Source: Methylophaga frappieri (GTDB taxonomy: Bacteria; Pseudomonadota; Gammaproteobacteria; Nitrosococcales; Methylophagaceae). From it: DNA of 32,000 nucleotides. Below are positions 9,226 through 18,039 of this stretch, one piece after another. The notes under the pieces are model-generated. The model searched no databases and was not told where the DNA came from. It saw nothing but the letters and a program-made list of their open reading frames with translations. The stretch's first letter is position 1. Each line of letters starts with the position of its first letter. The DNA is taken from positions 2,550,001-2,582,000 of the forward strand of contig NC_017856.1 in NCBI RefSeq assembly GCF_000260965.1, in the 5' to 3' direction. The position numbers were made by a program, and so were the translations under genes.

Positions 9226-9795
9226 ATGAATCTCATTTCGTTATTTTTTATTGGTTTTGCCATGTCAACCGATGCCTTTGCCGCTGCCATTGGCAAAGGT
9301 ATCGCCATGCGATCACCCACTTGGCTGACTGCTATCAAAACGGGGTTGATCTTTGGGGTGATTGAATCCATCACGCCGGTCATCGGTTGGTTGTTAGGTC
9401 AGTCAGCAATAGGGTTGGTACAGGAGTGGGACCACTGGGTCGCGTTATTTATTCTCAGCTTGCTGGGTTGCCACATGATTTATAACGGCTTACAGAATGA
9501 GCCGGTAGCAGCCACTAACACAGAAAAGACCGGCTTTTGGGGATTGGCATTAACCGGTTTGGCAACCAGTATTGATGCGATGGCGGTTGGGGTTGGCCTG
9601 GCATTTCTGCAAGTGAATATCTTCCTGGTGGCGTTGATTATTGGCTGTTGTACTTTTGTGATGGTCACCGCGGGTGTGTTACTTGGGCAGGTGCTGGGAC
9701 AGAAAGTCGGTCAAAAAGCCGAAATCATTGGTGGGCTGGTGCTTATTGCTATTGGCATCTTGATCGTGATTGAGCATACACGACAGGCGATCTGA
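9226..9795 (+). CDS. mntP: Manganese efflux pump MntP (DUF204 family)
   Basis: 189 aa, 6 TM. The duplicated motifs AMSTDAFAAAIGKG and ATSIDAMAVGVGLA are characteristic of MntP. It lies 15 nt after the czcA stop. Confidence 0.85.
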   Translation: MNLISLFFIGFAMSTDAFAAAIGKGIAMRSPTWLTAIKTGLIFGVIESITPVIGWLLGQSAIGLVQEWDHWVALFILSLLGCHMIYNGLQNEPVAATNTEKTGFWGLALTGLATSIDAMAVGVGLAFLQVNIFLVALIIGCCTFVMVTAGVLLGQVLGQKVGQKAEIIGGLVLIAIGILIVIEHTRQAI

Positions 9796-9875
9796 GCGAG
9801 GGATGAAAAAGTGCCGCCGCACTTGCTGATTTAAGACTAAAATAGTGCTTTTATTATCACAAGAGAGAATGATTC

Positions 9876-10427
9876 ATGTCAGAACCAGTCTGGTTTAGAA
9901 CAGGGGAAGCCACGGTATTTGCCAGCGATGATCAAGGTACAGATGCCATGCCGGAAATTCTAATCGGCAGTGCCCGTGGCCCTGCAGGGCAGGCATTTGC
10001 AAATTTAATGGGTCAGACGGAAGGGCATACCCGAATGTTTGCTATCCGGGCGACGAATCAACAAGTGAAACCGGCTACGCTGATGGTGCCAAAAGTGACC
10101 ATCAAGTCGGGCAGTTACGTCGCGTTATTCGGTGGGCCGGTACAATCGGCGATTGCTGATGCAGTGTTGGATAGCGTGATAGAGGGTGTGATTCCAAAAG
10201 AGCATGCAGAAGAGTTGTGCATCATTGCCATGATTTGGATTGCCCCGGAAGCAGCGGCGAATCCAGATGTTGATCGTAAAGATCTGTATCGGACTAACTA
10301 CGAAGCCATGAAATTAGCAATCAAACGGGCAATGGCGGATAGCTCATCTATTGATGAGTTAATTGCCAATCGGCATCGTGTGCATCATGAAATGTATGAT
10401 CCGGAAACTGGCGAATCCTTGTGGTAG
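9876..10427 (+). CDS. Formaldehyde-activating enzyme (Fae) family homologue
   Basis: 183 aa. The N-terminal two thirds resemble Fae as I remember it: GEA.V......EILIG...GPAGQAF.N......GHT...A......KPATLM.PKVTI. It also has ...GPVQ.A.A.AV.D.V.EG.IP and ...YEA.KLAI.RA. This is recognition from memory, not a search. Confidence 0.6.
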   Translation: MSEPVWFRTGEATVFASDDQGTDAMPEILIGSARGPAGQAFANLMGQTEGHTRMFAIRATNQQVKPATLMVPKVTIKSGSYVALFGGPVQSAIADAVLDSVIEGVIPKEHAEELCIIAMIWIAPEAAANPDVDRKDLYRTNYEAMKLAIKRAMADSSSIDELIANRHRVHHEMYDPETGESLW

Positions 10428-10447
10428 TAGACTGAAATAAAGGAAAA

Positions 10448-10490
10448 GGCGTCCAGAGGGTTTGTTCTGGACGTCTAATACTCTTTATTG
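10448..10490 (+). terminator. Candidate rho-independent terminator after the Fae-like gene
   Basis: Stem CGTCCAGA (10450-10457) pairs with TCTGGACG (10466-10473) around an 8-nt loop. The stem is extendable by GG/TC. A T-rich tail follows (TCTAATACTCTTTATT). Confidence 0.5.
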
Positions 10491-10537
10491 TCCGTAGAAA
10501 GACAAAACGCGCAAATGCATAGATTAGTTTAAGGCTG

Positions 10538-11455
10538 ATGATGGACTGGTTTATTTCCTCTCTCGACAAGTTTATCGGCATTATCCATGCCCCGATTCTG
10601 GGTGAAGACTCCATCACCTTGTCCAGCGTGTTTGGTTTTATGCTCATTGTCATCGTTGCCTGGTGGCTGTCGGCCAGTATTGAGCGATTGATGCAAAGGA
10701 TGACCTTAGGGCGAACCTATCGTCACATTGATGATGCGACTTTTTATCTAATTAGCCGCTTATTACGCTATATCATCTGGATCATGGCCACCTTGATTGG
10801 CCTGTCTTATATTGGTTTCAATCTAACCGGCCTGGCTTTTGTCGGCGGCGCTATCGGTGTCGGTATTGGCTTTGGTTTGCAGAGTATTGTCAGCAATTTT
10901 ATTTCCGGCATTGTGCTCATTCTTGAAAAAAGCCTGAAACTCGGTGACTTCATTGAAATGTCATCCGGCACCAATGGCATTGTCAAAGAGATTGGCTTGC
11001 GTTATACCCGAGTGACGACGCGAGACAACATCGATATTCTGGTGCCAAATTCCGAGTTTATTAATGGCCAGGTGACCAACTGGAGTTTTAGTGAAAAGCT
11101 GCGTCGCATTCATGTGCCGTTTGGGGTTGCTTATGGTGCCAATAAGGAACAGGTCAAAGAGGCTGTGCTATTGGCAGCAAATGAAGTTGCAGGCGCTATT
11201 GTTGATGACCCATCCCGTCCGGCTGAAGTCTGGTTGACCGAGTTTGGAGACAGCAGTTTGAACTTTGAACTGGTTATCTGGGTGGGTAACGAACTGATGA
11301 GTCGTCCGGCACGAACCCGGGCACTTTTTTTATGGGAAATTGAAACCCAGCTTCGCAACTATGAAATTGAAATTCCTTTCCCGCAACGGGACTTGCATAT
11401 TCGTTCCGGTGAATTGCACGTTGCGATGAAAAAAGCAGAGCACGATAGCAGATAA
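10538..11455 (+). CDS. Mechanosensitive ion channel, MscS family
   Basis: 305 aa. Three N-terminal TM helices are followed by the MscS core pattern (FISGIVLILEKSLKLGDFIE...G.VKEIGLRYTRVTTRDN..ILVPNSEFI.GQVTNWS). Confidence 0.85.
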   Translation: MMDWFISSLDKFIGIIHAPILGEDSITLSSVFGFMLIVIVAWWLSASIERLMQRMTLGRTYRHIDDATFYLISRLLRYIIWIMATLIGLSYIGFNLTGLAFVGGAIGVGIGFGLQSIVSNFISGIVLILEKSLKLGDFIEMSSGTNGIVKEIGLRYTRVTTRDNIDILVPNSEFINGQVTNWSFSEKLRRIHVPFGVAYGANKEQVKEAVLLAANEVAGAIVDDPSRPAEVWLTEFGDSSLNFELVIWVGNELMSRPARTRALFLWEIETQLRNYEIEIPFPQRDLHIRSGELHVAMKKAEHDSR

Positions 11456-11461
11456 CAAGAT

Positions 11462-12841
11462 TTAATCTGTTTTTTCTGGGAAATCGACGTGGAACAATTT
11501 CTCAACCGCCTGCACATCTTTTCGATTTGCGGTAAAAATAACAAGATGATCACCGCTGTCAATACGATCTTGCGGCGCGGGAAACAGGATGTCGTCGTCG
11601 CGAAGGATTGCCGCCACTGTTGAGGATTCTGGTAAAGGAATTTCGCTGATCTGTCTGCCGACGACACGGGATGTTTTTTTGTCACCATGGGCAATAATTT
11701 CCATCGCCTCTGCTGCCCCCTGACGCAGGGAATGTACCATCACCACATCACCTTTTCGGATGTGTGTCAGCAAGGAGCCGATAGTAATTTGCGCCGGTGA
11801 GATAGCAATATCAATTTTCGTCTCACGGATCAGATCGACGTGACTGGCTTTGCTGATAATCGAAAAAACCTTTCTAGCCTTCATACGCTTTGCCAGCATG
11901 GCCGATAAGATATTGGCCTCATCATCGTTAGTGACGGCGCAAAACACATCGGACTCTTCAATATGTTCGTTTTTGAGCAGCTCCGCATCTCCGGTGTCCC
12001 CCTGCAGCACGGTACAGTCGGGCAAGTCTTTAGCTAATTGTGAAGCTTGTTCTGGATTTTGCTCGATCACTTTGACAGAAAGATTGTTTTGCAGCTTTTC
12101 AGCAAGTTGTCGTCCAATGTTACCACCGCCACCAATGATAATTTGCTGATAAGGCTGGTAATCTGGGCGGAAGACTTTGATAGCAGGGGTGATATCTTCA
12201 CGCTTGGCCAGAAAAAAAATCTCGTCATTTGACAGCAGCATACTGTTACCTGCATCGGGCAGCAGCTTATCACTTCGGAAAATGGCGGCGACACGTAAAC
12301 TCACCTCGGGCAAAATGCTCAGCAAATGTTTAACCGGCTTGCCTGACATCTCACTTTTATCGTCAACACGAACGGCAACGAGTTGTGCCATACCATCAAA
12401 AAAAGCCAGTGATTCGGTCACTTCTGGCTGTGAAATCAAATCAAATAAATAATCCGTGACCAGCTTTTCAGGGCTAATAATGACATCAATGGAAAAAATA
12501 CCGTTCTCACCGCCAAGTCGCGTTTGAAGGTAGGGGGTAGATCGAATTCGGGCGATTCTTTTTTTGGTCTGAAACAGAGTTTTGGCTACCTGACAGGCGA
12601 TCATATTGACTTCATCATTCTGGGTCACGGCAACTAACAGATCTGCACCGCGCAGGCCGGCACGTTCGAGGGTTTCAGGATAAGCTGCGTGGCCGGTAAC
12701 GGTGCGGATGTCCAGTCTGTCCTGCAGGTGTTCAAGCAAACTGGTATTGGTATCAACGACGGTAATATCGTTGCCTTCGGATGCCAGTTTTTCAGCAGTA
12801 TTACTACCAACCTGACCCGCACCCAGAATGACAATTTTCAT
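11462..12841 (-). CDS. trkA: Trk potassium uptake system NAD-binding subunit TrkA
   Basis: 459 aa. Collinear similarity to E. coli TrkA: MKI.ILGAGQVG at the N-terminus, a second Rossmann GGGNIG, and VTNDDEANI.SAMLAKRM. The tandem RCK architecture and length match. Confidence 0.93.
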   Translation of the reverse strand: MKIVILGAGQVGSNTAEKLASEGNDITVVDTNTSLLEHLQDRLDIRTVTGHAAYPETLERAGLRGADLLVAVTQNDEVNMIACQVAKTLFQTKKRIARIRSTPYLQTRLGGENGIFSIDVIISPEKLVTDYLFDLISQPEVTESLAFFDGMAQLVAVRVDDKSEMSGKPVKHLLSILPEVSLRVAAIFRSDKLLPDAGNSMLLSNDEIFFLAKREDITPAIKVFRPDYQPYQQIIIGGGGNIGRQLAEKLQNNLSVKVIEQNPEQASQLAKDLPDCTVLQGDTGDAELLKNEHIEESDVFCAVTNDDEANILSAMLAKRMKARKVFSIISKASHVDLIRETKIDIAISPAQITIGSLLTHIRKGDVVMVHSLRQGAAEAMEIIAHGDKKTSRVVGRQISEIPLPESSTVAAILRDDDILFPAPQDRIDSGDHLVIFTANRKDVQAVEKLFHVDFPEKTD

Positions 12842-13060
12842 ACAGAGACCTCGTGTAATTGCGCCAGTCCGTTATTAACGTTGCTTGCCTTATAAACGCT
12901 GTTTTTTATGATGATGAGTTGCTTCATTATACCTTTCAGAGTCAGTGGTTGCGCCTGAAATTCGCAGGCTGATAACAAGAAAACCGGGCCAGTTACTTTG
13001 AATGTCATCTTATTCACCGCTATGCTCTGTATCAAGGTCACAGATTATTCAGGAGGGTAA

Positions 13061-13546
13061 ATGGCTAACCACCAGCTGGAAACGAGTATTGTCGTTCTGG
13101 CAAGACAGCGTTTAAAAGCGTTAAAAGTGGCGCTGGCCGGGCGCGAGGCTGATTTAAATCAGGTTCAGAATGTTTTTCACCAATTGACCGGCCTGACCAG
13201 TCTGCGCTTTGTTGAAAACCACGGCCTCAGTGATGCAACCGTTGATGAGCTGATTTTGCTTGATAACCTCGCTATTTTAAATGTGCAGTATGCCCACCCG
13301 GAAGCCATCGAAAAATTTTCTACGGAGTCACAGGAACTATCACGGTACCTCGATATGCCAGCGAAAGCGTTACTGGATTTGATTTTTAAAGAAGGCGCCC
13401 GATTCAGTAATCCGGAAGCGGTCTCCGTTGCCTTGCACCGAGGCCTGATTTCTGATTTGCATCATGAAAGCGCCGCCTATGCTCGCCTGGCAGAGCAGGA
13501 GCAACGTCGTAAATTGCGGCTAGCAAAAGAGGGCGATAAACAATAA
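13061..13546 (+). CDS. Hypothetical protein (no family recognised)
   Basis: 161-aa ORF with a strong AGGAGG RBS 5 nt upstream. Soluble, helical-looking composition with a basic C-terminal tail. Confidence 0.6.
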   Translation: MANHQLETSIVVLARQRLKALKVALAGREADLNQVQNVFHQLTGLTSLRFVENHGLSDATVDELILLDNLAILNVQYAHPEAIEKFSTESQELSRYLDMPAKALLDLIFKEGARFSNPEAVSVALHRGLISDLHHESAAYARLAEQEQRRKLRLAKEGDKQ

Positions 13547-13566
13547 GGCTCCTGAGAACCGCCGCT

Positions 13567-14295
13567 TTAATTCAATTTGCTTTCCAGAAAACGCAGTAAT
13601 CGCGCCCAGGATTCCGCATCTGCTTTGGCATTATATTTGTCATTGCCAGGTTTGCTAAAGGAATGTCCGGCGCCGCCATAAGCAATCATCTCGTGATCTA
13701 CCTTGTCGCGCTCCATTGCGATGCCCAATGCCGCAAAATCGGCCATGGAAATTTTGGCATCTGCTGCACCATGCTGGACTAGTATCTCGCTTTTAACTTG
13801 TTTGTAATCTTGATCAGCAGGTGTGCCCAAGCCGCCATGGATGGCAACAAAACCCTGCATATCTAATCCGGACCTTGCCATTTCCAATGCTGCTGTACCG
13901 CCGAAACAATAACCGATCAAGACGGCATTTTCGGTATTTGCACCAAGCATTTTGGCTTTCTCAATGCCCCCCTCAATAAGTGTTCGCATTCGTTGCCGAT
14001 CACGATACAGTTTGGCAGTTTGGGCTTGCCGATCGGGAATGGCCTCAGGTCGAATACCCGCCCCATATAAATCGGGCACGAAGACAGCATAGCCAAGCTG
14101 ATAAAGCTTTTCGGCACGCCATTTTTCGTAGTCTGTTACGCCATCCCAATCATGCAGCAGAATCACTAGCGGTGCATTGGCATCTGGTGATAAATAATAG
14201 CTTTCAAAAGCCTCATCATTGATGCGATGGCTTATAGATTCAGCTGCCACGTTCAGGCTCAGCAGCATGAAAAAAACGGCAAAGATAGATTTCAT
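13567..14295 (-). CDS. Dienelactone hydrolase family protein, secreted
   Basis: Start moved to the ATG at 14295 (GGAGAA RBS; signal peptide MKSIFAVFFMLLSLNVAA). GYCFGG nucleophile-elbow motif with Cys, and a C-terminal GAGHSF His motif typical of DLH-fold enzymes. Confidence 0.8.
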   Translation of the reverse strand: MKSIFAVFFMLLSLNVAAESISHRINDEAFESYYLSPDANAPLVILLHDWDGVTDYEKWRAEKLYQLGYAVFVPDLYGAGIRPEAIPDRQAQTAKLYRDRQRMRTLIEGGIEKAKMLGANTENAVLIGYCFGGTAALEMARSGLDMQGFVAIHGGLGTPADQDYKQVKSEILVQHGAADAKISMADFAALGIAMERDKVDHEMIAYGGAGHSFSKPGNDKYNAKADAESWARLLRFLESKLN

Positions 14296-14373
14296 GTTCA
14301 GTTCTCCGGTAATGCTAAACTGAGGGTAACGAAAACCAACCATTAGGCGGCATCAAGGTCATGGCGAGATGGC

Positions 14374-14589
14374 TTAGGGTTTACGAAAGCGCACATCAAC
14401 ATGCAAAGAACCAGCAGGCGCATCTCGCTTTAACTGCCAACCTTGTTTCAGCAGGTAATCTAACGCATCTTCATAGCGGTCAAACTGTTCTTCTACTTTA
14501 CGATATTCGCCATTATCATCTACAGAAACGGTGTAAGTTGATGATGCTTTGCCGGTTTCTTGTTCAATGGTCGCTTGCGGTTTTTTCAT
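14374..14589 (-). CDS. Small hypothetical protein (71 aa)
   Basis: Internal ATG at 14589 preceded by GAGGA. Acidic, soluble composition. No family recognised. Divergent from the operon to its right. Confidence 0.45.
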   Translation of the reverse strand: MKKPQATIEQETGKASSTYTVSVDDNGEYRKVEEQFDRYEDALDYLLKQGWQLKRDAPAGSLHVDVRFRKP

Positions 14590-14759
14590 GCTGTCCTCGC
14601 GATGTGAATCGATCGGTATAGTGGAAATTAAGGCAACAAATTGTTCCACTGTCATAATGAACTAGCATAGTGTGGTGATGAAAAAAACTAAATACTTCTA
14701 TTCGCTGACTAAAACTTAGAATATGCAAAACTTTGTTTTCGGTATCGGATAAACAGGCG

Positions 14760-15377
14760 ATGACAGATTGGCAGAACAACAATTCTAATTGGGCTGGCTT
14801 GGCTTCCTTGGCATCGCTGCTTGTGATGCTGCTGGCGCCGGTAGTGTCGGCTTCACCGACTGATAGTGACGCTGATGATCGTGACCAATGCGGCGAGGCC
14901 AGGATTCATTATATTGATGATCCCGGCTTGAGTCGTGCAGAGCGCCTTGCACGCATGGAACAGGCATTTTTTGACTCGGTTAATCGCTTTGAAACTTGTG
15001 AATTAACGAGCACATCAGATAATCAAGGAAATAGTGCGCAACAGGGTGAGTCTGGACAAAACGGACCAGGAAGTGCAGGCCAATCTGGCGCAGCCAGCCA
15101 AGAGATGCAAGGCACCGAAGCGGCCAGTGAGGGGGAATTGCCTGTACCCGGAGATGGCCAGAGCCCATCAGACCAACCCGAGTCATCGACTGATTCACCG
15201 CCACTGACAGCAGGCAGTGATAACGGTGCGGTGCCTGAAGACATTCCATCCGCCAATAATGATGATGCCATTGCCGCGCAAATTCGTCGTGCCGCAGAGC
15301 TGGAGACTGACCCAGAGATTCGGCAAAAGCTCTGGAACGAATATCGAAAATATAAGGGGTTAGATGTTGTTGAATAA
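14760..15377 (+). CDS. Secreted acidic low-complexity protein with a conserved-looking C-terminal helix (operon gene 1)
   Basis: ATG 14760 gives the signal peptide ...LASLLVMLLAPVVSA/SP. Two Cys residues lie in the N-terminal part. A central S/G/Q/E/P-rich disordered stretch follows. The C-terminus is DDAIAAQIRRAAELETDPEIRQKLWNEYRKYKG. The track start at 14733 is a TTG. Confidence 0.6.
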   Translation: MTDWQNNNSNWAGLASLASLLVMLLAPVVSASPTDSDADDRDQCGEARIHYIDDPGLSRAERLARMEQAFFDSVNRFETCELTSTSDNQGNSAQQGESGQNGPGSAGQSGAASQEMQGTEAASEGELPVPGDGQSPSDQPESSTDSPPLTAGSDNGAVPEDIPSANNDDAIAAQIRRAAELETDPEIRQKLWNEYRKYKGLDVVE

Positions 15378-16608
15378 AGCTTGGGCCAATTTGCCCTATA
15401 AATTAGGTGTTTACCTGCTGATTTCGCTGCATATTTTAACGGGCTGCGCTGGAAGCGCCGGGCGGTCTGGTACAGTAGAAACGGGGCCGCAACCCGCGTC
15501 AAGCTACGATAAAGTAGATGAAAATCGCTATCTGGGTGTTAAACCTGAAGTAATTATCCCGGTATTTTCACCCGGTTTATCTGATTCAGAGGCGAATTAT
15601 GAGGAGGCGGGAATATGGCCGGAACTGAGACGTGCTGAAGCCAATCGCTTTGCTTTTCAATTAAAACAAGCGTTAGATAATCGCGATCATTTTAGTGCGG
15701 TCAGGGTGACGCCAAATAGTTCTGCGTCAGGAGATTTGTATTTATTGGGTGACATTATTGAATCAAATGGCCAGCGCGTTGCTTTTCGACTGACGGCAGT
15801 CGATGCCAGTAACCGGCAGTGGCTGTCTGAGACCTTTGAACATGAGGTGCATGAGGGGTTTTACAAAAATCCACGAAATACCGGACAAGATCCTTATCAG
15901 CCGGTGTTCGATGCAGCCGCGGAAGCCGTGATTGAAGCCCTGCTAAAACAAAAACAAAGCTATTTAACACAACTCAAATCCGTCTCAGAGATGCGTTTTG
16001 CAAATAGCTTTAGTGACGCTGCTTTTGGTGAATATCTGGATACCAGTGGCCGCTATATTGATTTGCAGGGTTTGCCAAGTGATGCTGATCCGATGTTTGA
16101 GCGAGTTAAATCAATACGTGTTCGCGAACAACTGTTTATTGATAATTTGCAGTCTCACTATCAGCAGTTCTCAACCAAAATGGACAGTAGTTATCTGGCC
16201 TGGCAACAGGCAAGCGCGACAGAACTGGCCTTGCAAAAAGAAGCTAAAAGAAAAAGTGTCTGGAAAATGCTGGGCGGTGTGGCATTAGTGGCGGCAGCGG
16301 TGGCAGCAGCGGTAAGCGGCAGCTCAGTGGATCAGAATATTGGCCGGGATGTCGCGGTAATTGCAGGGGGAGTGGGCGGTGCGCTATTGATTTCAAGCGG
16401 TTTCAAATCCCGTGAAGAAGCCAAATTTCACCAAGACGCATTAAATGAGCTTGGCGAATCCATCAATCTGGAAATGGCACCTCAGGTGATCACCTATGAA
16501 GAGGAATCTGTCGAACTGAGCGGAGATATTGAACAACAATTTCAACAATGGCGTGCTTTTCTGAATCGGATGTATCAGTTGGAAGCAACGCCAGATATTC
16601 AGCTATAG
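15364..16608 (+). CDS. Lipoprotein with a C-terminal glycine-zipper segment (operon gene 2)
   Basis: Lipobox LTGC with Ala at +2. AAGGGG RBS. Overlaps the upstream gene by 14 nt. The Gly/Ala-zipper hydrophobic pair GGVALVAAAVAAAVSGSS...VAVIAGGVGGALLISSGF lies at about nt 16270-16400. Confidence 0.7.
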   Translation: MLLNKAWANLPYKLGVYLLISLHILTGCAGSAGRSGTVETGPQPASSYDKVDENRYLGVKPEVIIPVFSPGLSDSEANYEEAGIWPELRRAEANRFAFQLKQALDNRDHFSAVRVTPNSSASGDLYLLGDIIESNGQRVAFRLTAVDASNRQWLSETFEHEVHEGFYKNPRNTGQDPYQPVFDAAAEAVIEALLKQKQSYLTQLKSVSEMRFANSFSDAAFGEYLDTSGRYIDLQGLPSDADPMFERVKSIRVREQLFIDNLQSHYQQFSTKMDSSYLAWQQASATELALQKEAKRKSVWKMLGGVALVAAAVAAAVSGSSVDQNIGRDVAVIAGGVGGALLISSGFKSREEAKFHQDALNELGESINLEMAPQVITYEEESVELSGDIEQQFQQWRAFLNRMYQLEATPDIQL

Positions 16609-16620
16609 GCGGGCAGCACG

Positions 16621-18039
16621 ATGCACGACAAACTCGCTGCTGCGCGTCAGCAAAGACGCCGCCGATTACTGCAAACGGTCAGTATGATGCTGATACTGAG
16701 CATGGCCGGTATTGGCGCTATTTACTGGGCTGCACAACCTGACCCATCGACGCCGGCTGTATCTACGCAGCCGGACAATCTGACACCATCGCAAAACGCG
16801 CTGGCAAATGAGCAGGCACGCGCTGCTTATCTTGATGCTTACGCACAATTTGACTCGACTCTCAAGCCGCAGCTGAGCAACACGGATATAAAAGCCTGGC
16901 GACCAGATCTGGCCACGCAGCTGAGTGAATTGGAGTCACAGGCTGTCACACATTTTGCCGCCGGTGATTACCTGCAAGCACAGACCGGTCTCAGCCAGTT
17001 AGTCACCCTGGCAGAACAGACCATTGCTGAGGTGGAGACCGCATTTTCAACATCCATGATCACAGCGCAGAACGCCTTTGACAATAATGACTATCCGGTT
17101 GCCAAGCAGTCGATAAATACCGCTATGCTGTTGAATACATCAGATAAAGCCGCTCAAGACTTGGCTGAACGCATTGAACAGATACCCAAAATCACGGATT
17201 TGATTCGACAAATCAATGCGGCGCAGTCTCAACAAAATAAACAATTGGAACGCAGTCTCATTTCACAGCTACTTCAATTAACGCCAGAGCGCACGGTTTA
17301 TCAGCAACGTGCGGCTGAACTTGAGACGCTAATTAAAACGGATCAGTTTAATGAACAAATCCGTCGTGCTTATCGTGCGCTTGAAGATGGACAAGTTGAC
17401 ACGGCGCAGTCAGCCTTAAAGGCAGCGAAACAGATTTATCCTGCCCGTGAGGAGGTCAAAAACGTACAGCAGGCGATTCAGCAATATCAACAAAAGCAAC
17501 AGATAAGCACCTTGCAAAAGCAGATTGCAACGGCCCGGCGTACCGATGACTGGCAAGCCGTGTTAACGCATTTGCAGGCGTTAGAAACGCTTGTGCCGCA
17601 GGCGGCAAGTCATGCCGCAGAGATGGCAAAAGCGAGGCAAATAGTCAGCCTTGATAAAGCGTTCACCACGGCCTTGGCGGCCCCTTTTTCATTATCGGCA
17701 GAAACTGCCGCCAATCAGATGCGTTCTGCAATTACCAATGCGAAACAATATCGTGCTGACAGTGTCAGCCTTGCACAAAAAACCGATAAGGTTGCTGATT
17801 TGCTGACGGCGTTAAACCAGCCGGTCGCTGTGACGATTAACTCGGATAAGCAGACTTTTGTCAGTGTTCGCGGCGTTGGTAAAGTTGGGGAGGTCATCAG
17901 TAAAACCATTCAACTGAAACCCGGCCAGTACACGTTGGAAGGCAAAAGAGTCGGCTACAAATCTAAGTTAAAAACTATTGATGTGCCCTTGGATCATACC
18001 CCGGTTTCGCTTACCTTGATCTGTGATGAAGCCATTTAA
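16621..18039 (+). CDS. Bitopic membrane protein: basic N-tail + TM + long helical-repeat (TPR-like) periplasmic region + C-terminal PEGA-like beta domain (operon gene 3)
   Basis: The N-terminus AAARQQRRRRLLQTVSMMLILSMAGIGAIYW is followed by about 380 aa that are A/Q/L-rich and helical. The C-terminus VAVTINSDKQTFVSVRGVGKVG...GQYTLEGKRVGYKSK resembles a PEGA fold. Confidence 0.65.
   Translation: MHDKLAAARQQRRRRLLQTVSMMLILSMAGIGAIYWAAQPDPSTPAVSTQPDNLTPSQNALANEQARAAYLDAYAQFDSTLKPQLSNTDIKAWRPDLATQLSELESQAVTHFAAGDYLQAQTGLSQLVTLAEQTIAEVETAFSTSMITAQNAFDNNDYPVAKQSINTAMLLNTSDKAAQDLAERIEQIPKITDLIRQINAAQSQQNKQLERSLISQLLQLTPERTVYQQRAAELETLIKTDQFNEQIRRAYRALEDGQVDTAQSALKAAKQIYPAREEVKNVQQAIQQYQQKQQISTLQKQIATARRTDDWQAVLTHLQALETLVPQAASHAAEMAKARQIVSLDKAFTTALAAPFSLSAETAANQMRSAITNAKQYRADSVSLAQKTDKVADLLTALNQPVAVTINSDKQTFVSVRGVGKVGEVISKTIQLKPGQYTLEGKRVGYKSKLKTIDVPLDHTPVSLTLICDEAI

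Noticed and set aside
9809-9824. Terminator after mntP (AAGTGC-cgcc-GCACTT)
   Set aside because: The stem is only 6 bp with a 4-nt loop and no U-tract, so the support is insufficient.
12838-13041. 67-aa minus-strand ORF upstream of trkA
   Set aside because: It overlaps the trkA start codon region, has no RBS and no recognisable features. The region is better explained as the divergent promoter region of trkA and the 13061 gene.
15023-15502. 159-aa minus-strand ORF
   Set aside because: It is antisense to the low-complexity acidic protein gene and to the lipoprotein start. It is an Ala/Ser/Pro-rich shadow typical of GC-skewed repeats.
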